Positions 1 through 12,204 of a stretch of DNA of 64,000 bases are shown piece after piece. Location: positions 195,071,199 to 195,135,198 of the forward strand of contig NC_052146.1 in NCBI RefSeq assembly GCF_902713615.1. The letters run 5' to 3'. This DNA is from Scyliorhinus canicula. Its lineage: Eukaryota. Below the pieces are notes generated by a model, which worked only from the letters and a program-made list of their open reading frames with translations, was not told where the DNA came from and made no database searches. How positions within the stretch are numbered: position 1 is the first letter of the stretch; each line of letters opens with the position of its first letter. Position numbers and translations under genes: made by a program.

Positions 1-334
1 GGATGCTGGGGTGTTGTTTCCTCTGACTGGGGGTTGGTGCATGGGAGGGGGGTTGGGGGGGGGGGGGAATACCTAGAACAAAGGATCACAGTTTCAGGAT
101 ACAGAGTGGGCCATTTAAGACTGAGAGGAGGAGAAATGTCTTCTGCCAGAGGGTAATGAACCTGTGGAATTCTCTACCACAGAAGGCTCTGGAGGCCAAA
201 TCACTGAATGTGGTCAGGGGGTACAGGGAGAGACTGCGAGTATGGTGTTGGGACAGAGGGTCAGCCATGATCACACTGAATGGCAGAGCAGGCTCAAAGG
301 GCCGATGGCCTACTCCTATTTTCTATGTTCCTAT
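1..334 (+). mobile_element. CR1 LINE 3' end
   Basis: FCQRVMNLWNSLPQ C-terminal motif and tail ggcctactcctattttctatgttcctat. Confidence 0.85.
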
Positions 335-631
335 CCTGAGACTGTGACACAGGCAAACTTTCTCTCCTTCTCAATCTGTCTGCATCCTTTGACACAGTTG
401 ACCACACACCATCCTCATCCGATGCCTCTCCTCAAATATCCAGCTACGTGGGGCGGAATATGTTAGGATCAACTCTTATCAACTAGTCAGTCAGAGTATG
501 AACTGTAATGGCTTCCCATCCTGCTTATGCACTGTTACCTCTGGTGTCCCCCAAGGATCTATCCTTCCCCGTCACTCCATCCCTATTTCTTACCAAATGT
601 TGCCAGTCAATGACGCCATCTGAAAACAGCA

Positions 632-742
632 TCAGTTCCAGTTCTGAAGAAGTCATATTCAACTTTGAAACGCTAACTCTAGTTTCTCTCTCCACAGATA
701 TTGCCAGAGCTGCAGAGTACTTCCGGCACTTTCTATTTTATA
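632..742 (+). mobile_element. Short Penelope-type terminal fragment inserted in L2
   Basis: CTGAAGA..GAAACGCTAACT followed by the tctctctccacagat repeat; interrupts the L2 RT between the GVPQGS-like and YADD-like motifs. Confidence 0.6.
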
Positions 743-1139
743 TCCGTTCCCACATGTCTGCTGACAACACCCGGCTTTACCTCAGCACCGTCATTCTTGA
801 CTCCTCCGCCCTCTCTAAACCGTCAGATTGCTTATCCGACGTCCCATACTGGATCAGGAGAAATTTCCTCCAAGCAAATGTTGGGACAACTGAAGCCATT
901 GTCTCCAGTCCCCGCAATAAACTCCCTGGCTACTGATTCCCCCTCCCTGTCTCGAGGCTGATCCATCTGTTCACAACCTTAATGTTGTATCTGACCCCAA
1001 GTTGAGCTTTGATTACATATCTCTGCCATTGCTAAGACCGCCTATTTCCACCTCAGTATCATCGGCCGACTCAAAACCAATCGTGGCTCATCTGCTGCTG
1101 AACCCCTCATCCAAGAATTTCCTCTGGACGCGGCTTTTT

Positions 1140-1470
1140 AAAAACTTATTTCATGGCATATGGGCGTCGCTGGCTGGGCCAGCATTTATTGCCCATCCCT
1201 GAGGGCATTTAAGAGTCAACCACATTGCTGTCGATTTGGAGTCGCATGTTGGCCAGACCAGGTTAGACCGACAGATTTCCTTCCTTAAGGGACATGCGTG
1301 AACCAGATGGGTTTTTACACAATCGACAATGGTTTCATGGTCACCAGATTTGTTTTGAATTAAAATGTCACCATCTGCCATGGAGGGATTCGAACCCGGG
1401 TCCCCAGAGCAGTACTCTGGGTCTCTGGCTTACTAGTCCAGTGACAATACCGCTACACCACTGCCTCCCC
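1140..1470 (-). mobile_element. tRNA-derived SINE of a further family (tail gggcaataaatgctggcc...cccatgaa)
   Basis: B box gggttcgaatccc. Further copies at ~9380-9775(-), 11935-12095(-), 22000-22372(-), 24360-24610(+), 26725-27140(+), 39205-39540(+) and 42000-42290(-). Confidence 0.8.
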
Positions 1471-1837
1471 ACGAGGCTATTCCAACACACACCTGGCTGG
1501 ACACTCACATGCTTCCCGTATAAATTTCAGGTCGTACAAACCCCTGCTGCTTGTGCTCTAACTTGCACATCATCCCTGTACTTGCTGTCTCACACTTGCT
1601 CCCGGTTAACAAAAAATCACCTCGATTTGGAAATTCTCCGCTTTGATTTCAAACTCCTCATGGCCCTGTCCCTTTTCCCATCTCTGTAATGGCCAGCCCG
1701 ATCGGAGATCTCTGGGCTCCTCCAATTTCGGCACTTGGAGCACCCCTGATTTCCATCCCTCCATCATCGGCGGCTGTGCCTTCAGCCTCTACAGCCCTAA
1801 ACTCTGGAATTTACTCCATAAACCTCTCCACCTGTCT

Positions 1838-2028
1838 TTTTAAAAAAGAAAATTCCAATTAAGGGGCAATTTAGCATGGCCAATCCACCTACCCTACATG
1901 TCTTTGGGTTGTGAGGGTGAGATCCACGCAGACACGGGGAGAATGTGCAAACTCCACACGGACAGTGTCCCAGAGCCGGAATCAAATCCGGGTCCTTGGC
2001 GCCGTGAGGCAGCAGTGCTAACCAGTGC
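1838..2028 (-). mobile_element. Short HE1-type V-SINE (A-rich tail)
   Basis: tRNA-like head and V core; TSD ccacctgtctt. Confidence 0.85.
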
Positions 2029-2266
2029 TCCTCGCCACCTGTCTTAAGACACTGCCTAAAACCCACCTCTTTGACCAAACTTTTGCTTGGCTGCCCCAAT
2101 TATCTCCTGAGGTGGCTTGGCGTCACATTTTCTTTGATTGGGCTTCTCCGAAACGCCTTGGGGGAGGCGGGGTCATTTTATGTTAAAGGTGCTATGTAAA
2201 TACTAGTTGTTGTTATCATTGTTTATATTTGCATGCTTTAAATTAGGGATCAGATGAGTTGTTTAC

Positions 2267-5200
2267 CTGCGAGCAGGGCCTTTACAGCGCAGAGTACAGA
2301 GATGACCTCAGCCCCAGGATCACAATCAGACCAAAGCTCTGAAGCTGAACAAAACAGCTGTAAATATTCAAGTTCCTTTCGGAGTAATTCCAGATCATCA
2401 GTGGGAGAGGCGAGCTGGTGAAGGACCTCAAGACATGTCCTCCGGTACAAGTCATGGTGTTGCAGCCCCTGCACATCTCGACTCCCTCCCTCACTGGCCG
2501 CACCATCCTTCACCCCTCTCAGGTACAGCTCCACTTCCAGGAGGCCAGCAACACAGGGCACAGTGAGGATTGGTTTGAACCTTCCACCTCTGTTGAAACA
2601 GGACTGAAGAACAGGACCCAAGAGTCCAGTGAGTTGGGCAAGCAGGGAGTGTTCAGCAGTGCTCGTGTGCCTGGCCTTCTCAGAGCGCTGCAGAGTATTC
2701 ACAATGATCCGGCTCAATGTTGACAAGGCGACACTTAACAGCTGCTCAGCCACCGGCTTCCACTCTCCTTCCACCTTTGAAGACAACCAGGCGTTCGATA
2801 GGAAAGCAACAAACTGCTCCAGGTTCAGGCACGCACTTTGCTTCCTTTCAATGATGGTCTGGATGAAATCAGTCAGAAACCTCTGGATGGTGCCAAGAAA
2901 TTCTGGCCAGGCCGGATACCCTTCACAGCCGACCAACTCATCGCTCACATGGAACAAAGGAGCCATCACCCTCTCCAGGATATCGCCAGCGTGTGCCAAT
3001 TTAAAGACCACATTCGCGTTGGCCCCAGTCTGCAGGATGGTGAGGAGGGTGTAGCACTTGCTCAGTGCCTGCAGACACTTGAAGGCTTTGGTCTTCTCCG
3101 AGCTGGGTTTGACGGCAGTGACCAGGGACACGAGCAAAAGAAAGCAATGGAGATGATCGGTGCATGACAGGCTGTCGAGCCTCAACGCAGAGAGAATGTC
3201 CAATGATCGCAGCAGGAGATCCAACTGCTGCTCAGAAAGGGTGCAAAATGAGGGGCTTTTTACTGACAGGGCATCTTGGGCAACAAGAAGTGACCTCCTT
3301 TGAGATGGCGTAGGGTGAGAGACCAGCAACTCTGAAATGCTGCCCTTCTGGTTACCACCACCTTGACTGGCATCGCTACTGTCTCCTAATTGTTCTAGTA
3401 AACGTGTGGGCACGCTGAGCACTGGGATAGATATCAAGCCCTTCACCCTCTCCAACAGTGCAAGTAAAATGGCTTGGTGCAAGGGCTGCATTTCTGGAAG
3501 AAGAGTGCTCTTGAGCAAACTCTCGCACATTGTTGGAATAGAAAGTGAGTTTTCCGGGTCCTGGCCCACCTCCCAAGTCTCTCTCAGTAATAGATTGGTC
3601 ATCACCACATCCGCTAAGTAGGCGAGCTCTTCATCGGGGAGATGGGGTACCAGAAGGACAAGGTTTGATGTGACCAGATGCCAGTGTGCGATGGCAAATG
3701 TTTCATTGTTTATTGTGCCGATCCCTCCGTCCCATCCTCGGGCCTCCTCTGCACCTTTAACGGCAGGTTTCCCGGACTGCACGATGAACACCGCGGCGGT
3801 TCTCAGCGCTGTCGCCTCTGTTTCTGCCTGTGCCCCGGGCTGAAGCATGATCCTTTTCATCTTCTGGACCGCGAGCAGCTGGAGGCAGTGGCGACTCAAC
3901 TCGTTGCTCCGTCCCGAGACCTCTGCCATCAGCCTCCTGTCAGCCCAGCTCACCCGAGGAAGGCAACAATGAAGATTCCACTCTTCCGACTCGGCCTTGC
4001 CCGCCTCGCTTCCAGGCGAGACGTATGTGCCGCAGTTCACCTTCAACATGTGATCGACTTCCACCCAGGTGTAGCTGAGAATCAGCCCCGAGCTCACGGC
4101 TCTCTCAGCCCACAAGGAAGAGTCTTTGCAATCAGGATCTTTGGCCGTGTGAAAGAGTGGCATCGCCACCATCCGCGCCATTTTATCCATTAGAAGCTGC
4201 GTGCGTAGAATTATTCCCGCTGGCGTTTTGCTATCGAGACTCTTCATATTAAAAAGAACAGAGTTCAGTAGAGTGCTCATCGTGAGAACTTTCAGCGCCA
4301 TGTCCGGGTTCCCAGCTAGATCCAAAATCAAGACTTCCTGACTCTTCAAGATAAGGTCCCAGATATCCAGCACTTGACTGGCTGGTACTTCCAATAGACA
4401 TTCACAGAGCTGCTTGGTAAGGCCGATGAATAGGATGGGTTGCCTGAACTCATCGGCAGCCGGACGAGAAATAACTGCCAACACCACCTCAAACAGCCTC
4501 GGCAACTGCCGCAGTTTGGTGTAAGTCTCGAGCAGCGTGGTCAGCAGTGCTTCCTGGGCTCTTCTGACCCGCGAGTCAGTGACGTTGGCATCAATCCACG
4601 CCAACGACACCAGGTCATCTAGGTTCGGCTCCACAATCATATGGTTTAAAAGGATCAATGTCTTCAGACACCTGAACCAGGCCGGTGTGGCCGGGCAGGG
4701 ATCAGTGAGCAACATTTCTGCCACTTTGCTGTAGAGGGTGAACTGCACTCCCCCGCACCGGATTTTATCCACTGCGATGTTGTAAATGTTACTGCTCGCG
4801 ACCAAGTTCAATAGCTGGTCCAGTGCTAGTAACCCAGGACTGCAGTCCGCAGGTACCCCAGTCATGCCATCCTTTAGCCGCGGGAATCCCAACGAGTCAA
4901 ACAATCTGGTGAAGAAGTGAAAGCCAAGCAGGTAATTCCCATCCTGGCAGTAGGACTCGAGGGCGAGTCTGTAAAGCAGCGGGACCGACCCTGCCACAAC
5001 GGTGGAATGCAAGTCCTGGCCGAAGAAGTCAGCGTCAGTTAACTTTAGGAGTAGCGTTTCGACGGGGGCCTCCATTGCCTTCGAAAAGTTTGTCTTCCGT
5101 TGCGGCGATCCGTCACTTTGCAGGAGTTCCTCTCTGTAAGAGTTCAAGAAATTGGCGTGGAACAGGCCGCTATGAAGGGCCACCTGGATTTTATTACATA

Positions 5201-5615
5201 TCTCTTTGCTGAGATGCTGTCGCACGGTACCATCGTCCTCACTCTTCCAGCACCTCGAGGTCAGTAGGTGCCTCAGGAGGAGACAGGGCTGGAGCAGAGA
5301 GCCGCAGATCTGCAGGAAGACCCGGGACTGGTTGTGCTGTTGCCGCTGAACGACGAGGTACTGATTGAAAGCCAACAGGAGGACATCGAAGAGCTGCGTG
5401 GAGCGCAAGGCCACCGGGGATTTCAACCTGCCGCAGAGCAGCAGGATAAGTTTACAGAGGAGATCCACCAGCAGCTCCCACTTGCTGGTATAAATGACGG
5501 AAAAGGTGGGAGACGTGAGGATGCCTTGACAACAGTTCAGCACCACGGTGAGGCTTGACACATAGTCAGTCAGTGGCACTTTGCCAGAATGTTCCCAGAT
5601 CCTGTCATTTAGAAT
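2267..5615 (-). CDS. URB2: URB2 ribosome biogenesis protein, third coding exon (3349 bp, phase 0 to phase 1); gene continues left of the window
   Basis: Lies within the 1132-aa ORF 2250..5648. Acceptor tttcatttcAG|ATT at 5615 and donor GCAG|GTAAAC at 2267. Leu-rich helical protein with URB2-like motifs (YTKLRQLPRLF, AHWHLVTSNL); splices in frame to the upstream exons. Confidence 0.93.
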
Positions 5616-5724
5616 CTGAAATGAAAGTTTTAAAAGAGGCATTGGCAATAATTCTTACACAGATTTAGACTTTGTGCACTGAATACGAAGGGAGTAGTTC
5701 TCAAATTAAAGTTCATAAACATGT

Positions 5725-6047
5725 TTTAGAATACAAAGTTACAACAGAGAAACAGACCATTTGGCCAAATTGTTCGTGCTTTTAGGCCCGACACAAGCCG
5801 TCTCCTTCCCTACTTCATTTCACCCAATCAATATATCCTATCCCATTCTTCCTCACATATTTTTCCAGCTTCCCTATAAACCTCTACGCTATTTATGTCA
5901 ACTACACCTGTGGTAGCAAGTTCCTGTCTCTGGGAAAAGATGTTTCTCTTGAATTCGCTTTTTGGATTTATTGGTAACTATCTTCTATCCATGGCCATGA
6001 GTTTTGGACTCCACCACAAACCCTTCATAAGTTTAAAAACCTCTAAG
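5725..6047 (-). mobile_element. Old CR1 3' fragment
   Basis: Tail acaacagagaaacagaccatttggcc and the degenerate CR1 C-terminal pattern. Confidence 0.55.
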
Positions 6048-6800
6048 AGACGATGGTGGATGTGATGCTGAAGTTAGAAGAAGGATTGAAGTGCCAGAAC
6101 TAATTTTGTGAAGATGAAGAATGTGTCAGCAACAAGAAAACTCAAGCTTCTAACAAGGGAAAAACCCATAAGGATCCTACATTCGATCAGATCCCTGGAT
6201 AAAGATTCGTGGAAGGAAACAGAGGCCTCTGAAATGTAGACGCTATGCTTAAAATTCCACACCCAGACCGTAAGACCAATGAAGAGGTGCTTGAAATTAC
6301 CACAGCAAAGTAAATTCTAAAAAATAACATCCAGAAATGTGGGTATTCCAGCAATTTGATTAGAGCTGAAAAACTACAGTAATCTCTCCTAGAGGGAAAT
6401 GTGGAGGGCAGCAGAGAGGAGGGTCAGCCTAGGTGTAGTTAGATTACGGATGTCACAGGCGGCACAGTGGTTAACAATGTTGCCTCATGGCGCCGAGGAC
6501 CTGGGTTCGAACCCGTCCCTGGGCCACTGTCTGTGTGGAGTTTGCACATACTTTCCGTGTCTGCGATGGTGTCACCCCCACAACCCAAACGAGGTACAGG
6601 GTAGGTGAATTGGCCACGCTAAATTGGCCCTTCATTGGAAAACAAAATTGGGTACTCGAAATTTATTTTTTAAAAAGATGATGGATGACACGGAGTGGTT
6701 GCAGACGAGCTGCGGCGGATGTGTGAGGATTGCCTAAGACAGACAAGCAGGACATACCCTGGGCAGCAGATCTCCAGGTAGGAATAGCTACAAGTCGCAG
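6048..6800 (+). mobile_element. RTE-clade LINE 3' fragment, split by a SINE
   Basis: DGGCDAEVRRRI, EASEM, DRKTNEEVL and LLEGNVEG-type RTE C-terminal remnants. Confidence 0.7.
6457..6675 (+). mobile_element. Short HE1-type V-SINE
   Basis: A/B boxes, core gtggagtttgcaca; degenerate 16-bp TSD. Confidence 0.88.
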
Positions 6801-7169
6801 CAACAGAAATGTCAGGTCACTCCACAGCCTTCTCCATTCCAGACTGCTCAATATCATAAAAGTTTAAAAGGATGTTCGCAATCGGTGCAAGCATGAAATG
6901 TGCTTTACATTAACATTTTGCTAACATTAGTTGTTTTTTTGAACCCTTGGCAGTCCTGCAGAGCCTATGTGTGATCAGGGACTGTGAGGTGCGGACGGAG
7001 ATATCTCCTCATCAGAAGAACACCCAACTTTTCCTGCCACACCCACAGGACTTGCTTTGAGGCACTGTAACGAGAGGAGGCCATTCAGCCCTTTAAGCCT
7101 GTGCCACATGTCTCAGTTTAAGGTGTTTAAACAAAATTACTCAAATCGACTAGCCATTGATCTTTGTCA

Positions 7170-7580
7170 CCTTGGCTCAGTGATTGATTCTTACTATTGA
7201 GTCAGAAGGTTGTGGGTTCAGGTCCTGCCACAGAGACTGCTGCACATAATCTAGGCTGACATTCCAGTGTAATATCAAGGGAATGCTGCACTGTCTTTCA
7301 GATGAACCCATCTGCCCTCTTAAGTGGATGTAGATGATCCTATGGCAATATTTCGGAAAGGGTTAGGGGAGCTTTCCCCAGGGTCCTGGTCAATATTTAT
7401 TCCCCAACTAACAAACAAATGATCTGGTCATTATCACATTGCTGTTTGTGGAGCTTGCTGTGTGTAAACTAACTTCTGTATTTCCTACATTATAACGGTG
7501 ACTATAAAAATACCTTGGTGGCTGTAAAGTGCTTTGGGACATCTTGAGGTTATAAAAGGTGCTACTCAAATGCAAGTTCC
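7170..7580 (+). mobile_element. DeuSINE (SacSINE1-like), near full length
   Basis: tRNA head, Deu-domain-like ctgccctct..gtggatgt..gatcctatggca, L2-type tail. Confidence 0.78.
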
Positions 7581-7637
7581 ATCTTGCATGTCCTTCTGGC
7601 TCGATAGTATTGTAGATAGTTGAAGGAAATTCTGAAA

Positions 7638-7936
7638 GGGCAGCACGGTGGTACAGTGATTAGCACTGCTGCCTCACAGTGCCAGGGACCTGGGTTCAAT
7701 TCCGACCTTGGGTGACTGTGTGGAGTTTGCATTCTCCCCTTGTCTGCATGGGTGTCCTCCAGGTGCTCCGGCTTCCTCCCACAGTCCAGAAATGTGCAGG
7801 ATAGGTAGGTTGGACATGCTAAATTGCCCCTAAGTGGGGTTTCGGGTATAGGGTGTGGGATTGGGCCTCTTTCAGAAGGTCGGAGCAGATTCAATGGGTC
7901 GAATGGGCTCCTTCTGCACTGTAGGAATTCTATGAA
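7638..7936 (+). mobile_element. Long HE1-type V-SINE (CR1-like tail)
   Basis: gggcagcacggtgg head; tail ctgcactgtaggaattctatga. Confidence 0.9.
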
Positions 7937-7980
7937 ATTTCTAAAGTAAAAAATCAAAACCACAAAATGCGGCATGTGAG

Positions 7981-8210
7981 GTGGCACGGTAACGAAGTGG
8001 TTAGCACTGTTGCCTCCTGGCGCCGAGGGCCCAGGTTCGATCCCGGGTCACTGTCCGTGTGGAGTTTGCACCTTCCCCCCCCCCGTGTCTGCGTGGCTCT
8101 CACCCCCACAACCCTAAACGATGTGCAGGGTAGGTGAATTGGCTACGCTAAATTGTCCCTCAATTGGAAAACAAAGAATTGGGTACTCTAAATTTATGGG
8201 GGAAAAAAAG
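7981..8210 (+). mobile_element. Short HE1-type V-SINE
   Basis: TSD aaatgcggcatgtgag / aaatggggcatgtaag. Confidence 0.88.
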
Positions 8211-8554
8211 AAATGGGGCATGTAAGTTTGAAGGCCGATAAGCCTCCTCAATGCGTCAAGTTATCCAGAGTGTAAACGGCAGCTCTGTTGCTATAACAGG
8301 TGAACTCTGGATCAGCACCAAGATTTGGGCAATTCTCAGCCTGGCATTTACATTCCAGCTTCCCTGGGACCAAGGCTAAATTTTATTATTCTCTTAAAAG
8401 AAGTGGTGGAAAATCATTTGGGGACTGGGAGGCTACAGAGGGTGGAGACCTTCAAATAATTCAACCGAAGCCTAACATTAGAGGTATCTAATGTCCACTT
8501 CCGTCTAAACGGGAAGAACTCTGCTCATTTCCGCTAATAACTGCATTCTGTTGA

Positions 8555-8899
8555 CCAAGATGGTGCCGGAGCGCGGCGACGTCTTACAAGCTGTGCACAG
8601 CATACTCTCTAATTCTATCTTTTACTCTCATTCTATGCTTCTAAAACTTCATTCTCTAACCATGTTCTAATTCAATTACTTACAGATTTAGCGCCCTACT
8701 GCCATCAGACTTTTGAATGCACCTACCTCGTATTAAGTTGATCTTTTCTATACACCCTAGCTATGACTGTAACATTATATTCTGCAGTCTCTCCTTCCTT
8801 CCCTATGTACGATATGCATTGTTTGTACAGCATGAAAGAAACAATACTTTTCACTGCACACTGATACATGTAACAATAATAAATCAAATCAAATCAAAT
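8555..8899 (+). mobile_element. Short Rex1/Babar-like LINE derivative (5' head plus 3' tail)
   Basis: Starts CCAAGATGGTGCCGGAGC; ends cttttcactg...gtaacaataataaatc(aaatc)3. Confidence 0.55.
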
Positions 8900-8953
8900 T
8901 GAGACGGTTGCAAATACAACTGGTTTCTGTCACTGTACTTTGAGTCATTTCAC

Positions 8954-9130
8954 CTGTGCAATCGTGGCGCGAATAGTGATGATCTTCTTCTTTGCGATCA
9001 ACTTCTGCAGATTCTTGCTATGAAGAATATCATCTAAGTAAATCCACAACCCCTCCACAATTTCATCTCCGAACTGTAGCTTCTTGCTGTAATATGCAGT
9101 CAACGCGTGAGTCGCCCAATCCACTAAAAC
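8954..9130 (-). CDS. URB2: URB2 second coding exon (177 bp, 59 codons)
   Basis: Acceptor ccccaatactaAG|GTT, donor CAG|GTGAAA. Translates VLVDWATHALTAYYSKKLQFGDEIVEGLWIYLDDILHSKNLQKLIAKKKIITIRATIAQ, close to the vertebrate URB2 sequence as I recall it. Not in the ORF track. Confidence 0.93.
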
Positions 9131-10123
9131 CTTAGTATTGGGGAGAAAAGGAGTGGATTACAATCTTAAAAATTGCTACCACTGCACCAAATTCAGATGA
9201 TTCAGAGGATATGTTAAAAGTGACAGGATGAAATTCCATGCAAGATACAATATTTTTCAACATATTAAAGATAGGTTTTTACAGCTCCTTTTAACACTAT
9301 TTTTCACCTTTTAACTCTGGAGGAGGGAAAAGAGATTTGAATTGATACTCAGCTGACAAAAGGACATTTTTTTGTCTTTACTCTTTCATGGGATGGTGCA
9401 TCGTTGGCACGGCCAACATTTTTTGTTGCCCATCCCTAATTGCCCTTGGAAGGAGTGGCTTGCTCGGCCATTTCAGGGGGCAGTTAGGAGTCAACCACAT
9501 TGCTGTGGGCCTGGAGTCACATGTAGGCCAGGCCAAGTAAGGACGGCAGATCTCCTTCCCGAAAAGAGACATCAGTAAACCAAATAAGGTTTTTTTACAA
9601 CAATCGATGGCAATTTCACCATTGCTGTAGCTAGTTATAGGTTCCAAATTTATTAACTTGAATTATTCATTGAATTTAAATTCCAGTATGGTAGGATTTG
9701 AACCCCTGCCCCAGTGTGTTACCTAGACTTATGGTTTCCTGTTCCAATGCCATGACCACTATGTTGTCGTATCCCACATACCCATCATGCCACTAATAGA
9801 ACGCAGTTCAGTCTGACTAGAAGGTAAGGCTGGATTTGAACTCACGTTCTATGATCAGTGACCAACGACTCCCAAACAGCATTTACACTCACTTATGGAT
9901 ATGTGATTTTGTTTTAAAGAGTGCCCAGCAGTTTAAAAATATTTTGTTGACGAGTAAACAAGCAAGGAAAGGCCATTACACCCTCTCTTACATCCAAGAA
10001 TTTACAATTGGGGAGACCATTACATGGTGGTAACATCACTGGACAGGCAAACCAGAGGCCTAGGAATTTGGAAACAAGGATGAGGATTTTCAAAGCAAAT
10101 TACAACAAAGATGAGAAGGTTTA

Positions 10124-10270
<147 letters not shown>

Positions 10271-10302
10271 TCAAGGGAACGACATTTTAACAGAGTTAAC
10301 TT

Positions 10303-10333
<31 letters not shown>
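10303..10333 (+). repeat. (GA)n microsatellite; reads (CT)n just upstream of the URB2 first coding exon acceptor
   Basis: Direct inspection. Confidence 0.9.
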
Positions 10334-10703
10334 GGACTCTGTACGGTTCAACATGAATTATTGCAGCAATGTCTATTTTGCCTACGGTTACACAAGGCCC
10401 CCTCCAAGACCCTGAGCGCAAAGTTTAGGCTGACAGTCCTGAGGGAGCGCTGCAGCTTCTCAAGGCACCTCTTTAAGGACAATTAGATTTGGGCAATAAA
10501 CACTGGCCTTGCCAGCGATGTTCACAATCCGTGTTCTCTTTCAGATGAGATGTGAAACAAGGCCCTATTTGCCCTTTTCGGTGAAAGATCCCACATATTT
10601 GAATGAGGGATTTCTCCTTGGTCTCCCTGCCATTATTTATTTTTAGGTACAGTGTCACAAGCTCCAATATACAAAACATACACAAAATCCCACCCCTGTA
10701 TAG

Positions 10704-11013
10704 TGGGCGGCACGGTGGCATAGTGGTTAGTACTGCTGCCTCACAGCTCCAGGGACCAGGGTTCAAATCGGGCCTTGGGTGACTGTCTGCGGAGTTTCTC
10801 CCGTGTCTGTGTGGGTTTCCTCCGAGTGCTCCGGTTTTCTCCCACAGTACAAAGATGTGCAGGTTAGGTGGATTGGCCATGTCCAAAAGGTTAGGTGGGG
10901 GTACTGGGTTACGGGGATAGGGTGGAGGGGTGGGCTTAAGTCGGGTGCTCTTTCTAATGGCCGGTGCAGACTCAATGGGCAGAATGGCTTCCTTCTGCAC
11001 TGTAAATTCTATA
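10704..11013 (+). mobile_element. Long HE1-type V-SINE
   Basis: Head, core and CR1-like tail. Confidence 0.9.
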
Positions 11014-11035
11014 TAGTGTCCTGTATTTATGTAGT

Positions 11036-11905
11036 TAGAAACATAGAAAATAGGAGTAGGCCGCTATTCGTCCTCTCAAGCCTGCTTTACTATTCATTAT
11101 GATCATGACTGATCATCCAACTCAGTAATCTGTACCTGCTTCCCCCCCCCCCCCCCCCCCAATATCCTTTGCTCCCTCTAGCCCCAAGAGCCACATTTAA
11201 TTCTTTCTTGAAAACATACAGGGTAGGATTTAACTAAACAGGAGTGAGAGCGTTTAGCCATGTGTTTCCCAGCGCCAAGAAACACACTATAAAACGTCAC
11301 CTGAGTTAGATAGGGGGCATCAACGGGGAACACTGAAAATCCTTCATGCATCTACCCTGTCTAGTCCTGTTGGAATTTTATAGTTTTCTATGAGAGCACC
11401 CCTCGTTCTTCTAAACTCCAGCGAATATAATCCTAACCGACTCAATCTCTCCTCATATGTTAGTCCTGCCATCCGAGGAATCAGTCTGGTAACCCTTCGC
11501 TGTACTCCCACTAGAGCAAGAACATCCTTCCTCAGATAAGGAGACCAAAACTGCACACTATATTCCAAGTGTGGCCTCAGCAAGGGCCTGTATAATTGCA
11601 GCAAGACATCCCTGTCCTCTCGTTATGAAGGCCAACTTGCCATTTGCCTTCTTACCACCTGCTTCACCTGCATGCTTATTTTCAATGACTGATGTACAAG
11701 AACATCCAGCTCTCATTGCACACTTCCCTCTCTCAATCTATAGCCATTCAGTTAATAATCTGCTTTCTTCGATAACCTCACATTGATCCATTATACTGCA
11801 TCAGCCATGCATTTACCCACTCACTCAGCTTGCCCAAAACACACTGAAGTATCTCTGCATCCTCCTCAAAGTTCACTCTCCAACGCAGCTTTGTGTTGTC
11901 AGAAA
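11036..11905 (-). mobile_element. CR1 LINE 3' fragment (with a different repeat inserted at ~11221-11335)
   Basis: ORF 11344..11604 LYRPLLRPHLEYSVQFWSP; tail agaaacatagaaa. Confidence 0.88.
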
Positions 11906-12204
11906 ATTTGGAAATATGGCAACAATCAATGGCAGATTCATGGTCACCATTACTGGGTCCAGCTTTATATTCCAGATTTATTAATTGAATTTAAATTCCA
12001 ACAGCTGTCGTGATGGGATTTGAACCTTAGCTCCCAGAGTGTTAGTCTGGGCCTCCAGGTTACTAGTCCAGTGACATTACCATGACATCACCATATTATC
12101 ATAGTATATAGTGTCCTATCTACATGGATAGATGATCCCAAAGATCTGTGTCCTATAGATCTATATAATCACATTGTGCCAATACACCTAAACATGGGGT
12201 ATGT

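Larger units (their letters stand above)
335..2220 (+). mobile_element. Degraded L2 LINE 3' portion, interrupted by SINEs (1140-1470, 1838-2028) and a Penelope-type piece
   Basis: LSASFDTVDH-, GVPQGS- and HMSADNT-like RT remnants; L2 tail aaaggtgctatgtaaatactagttgttgtt. Confidence 0.78.

Noticed and set aside
2282-5558. Multiple 60-170-aa ORFs overlapping or antisense to the URB2 exon (similar ones overlap the L1 ORFs)
   Set aside because: Expected shadow ORFs of GC-rich coding sequence.
5616-5648. N-terminus MPMPLLKLSFQ of the 1132-aa ORF
   Set aside because: Intronic read-through upstream of the acceptor at 5615; the real start is at 10261.
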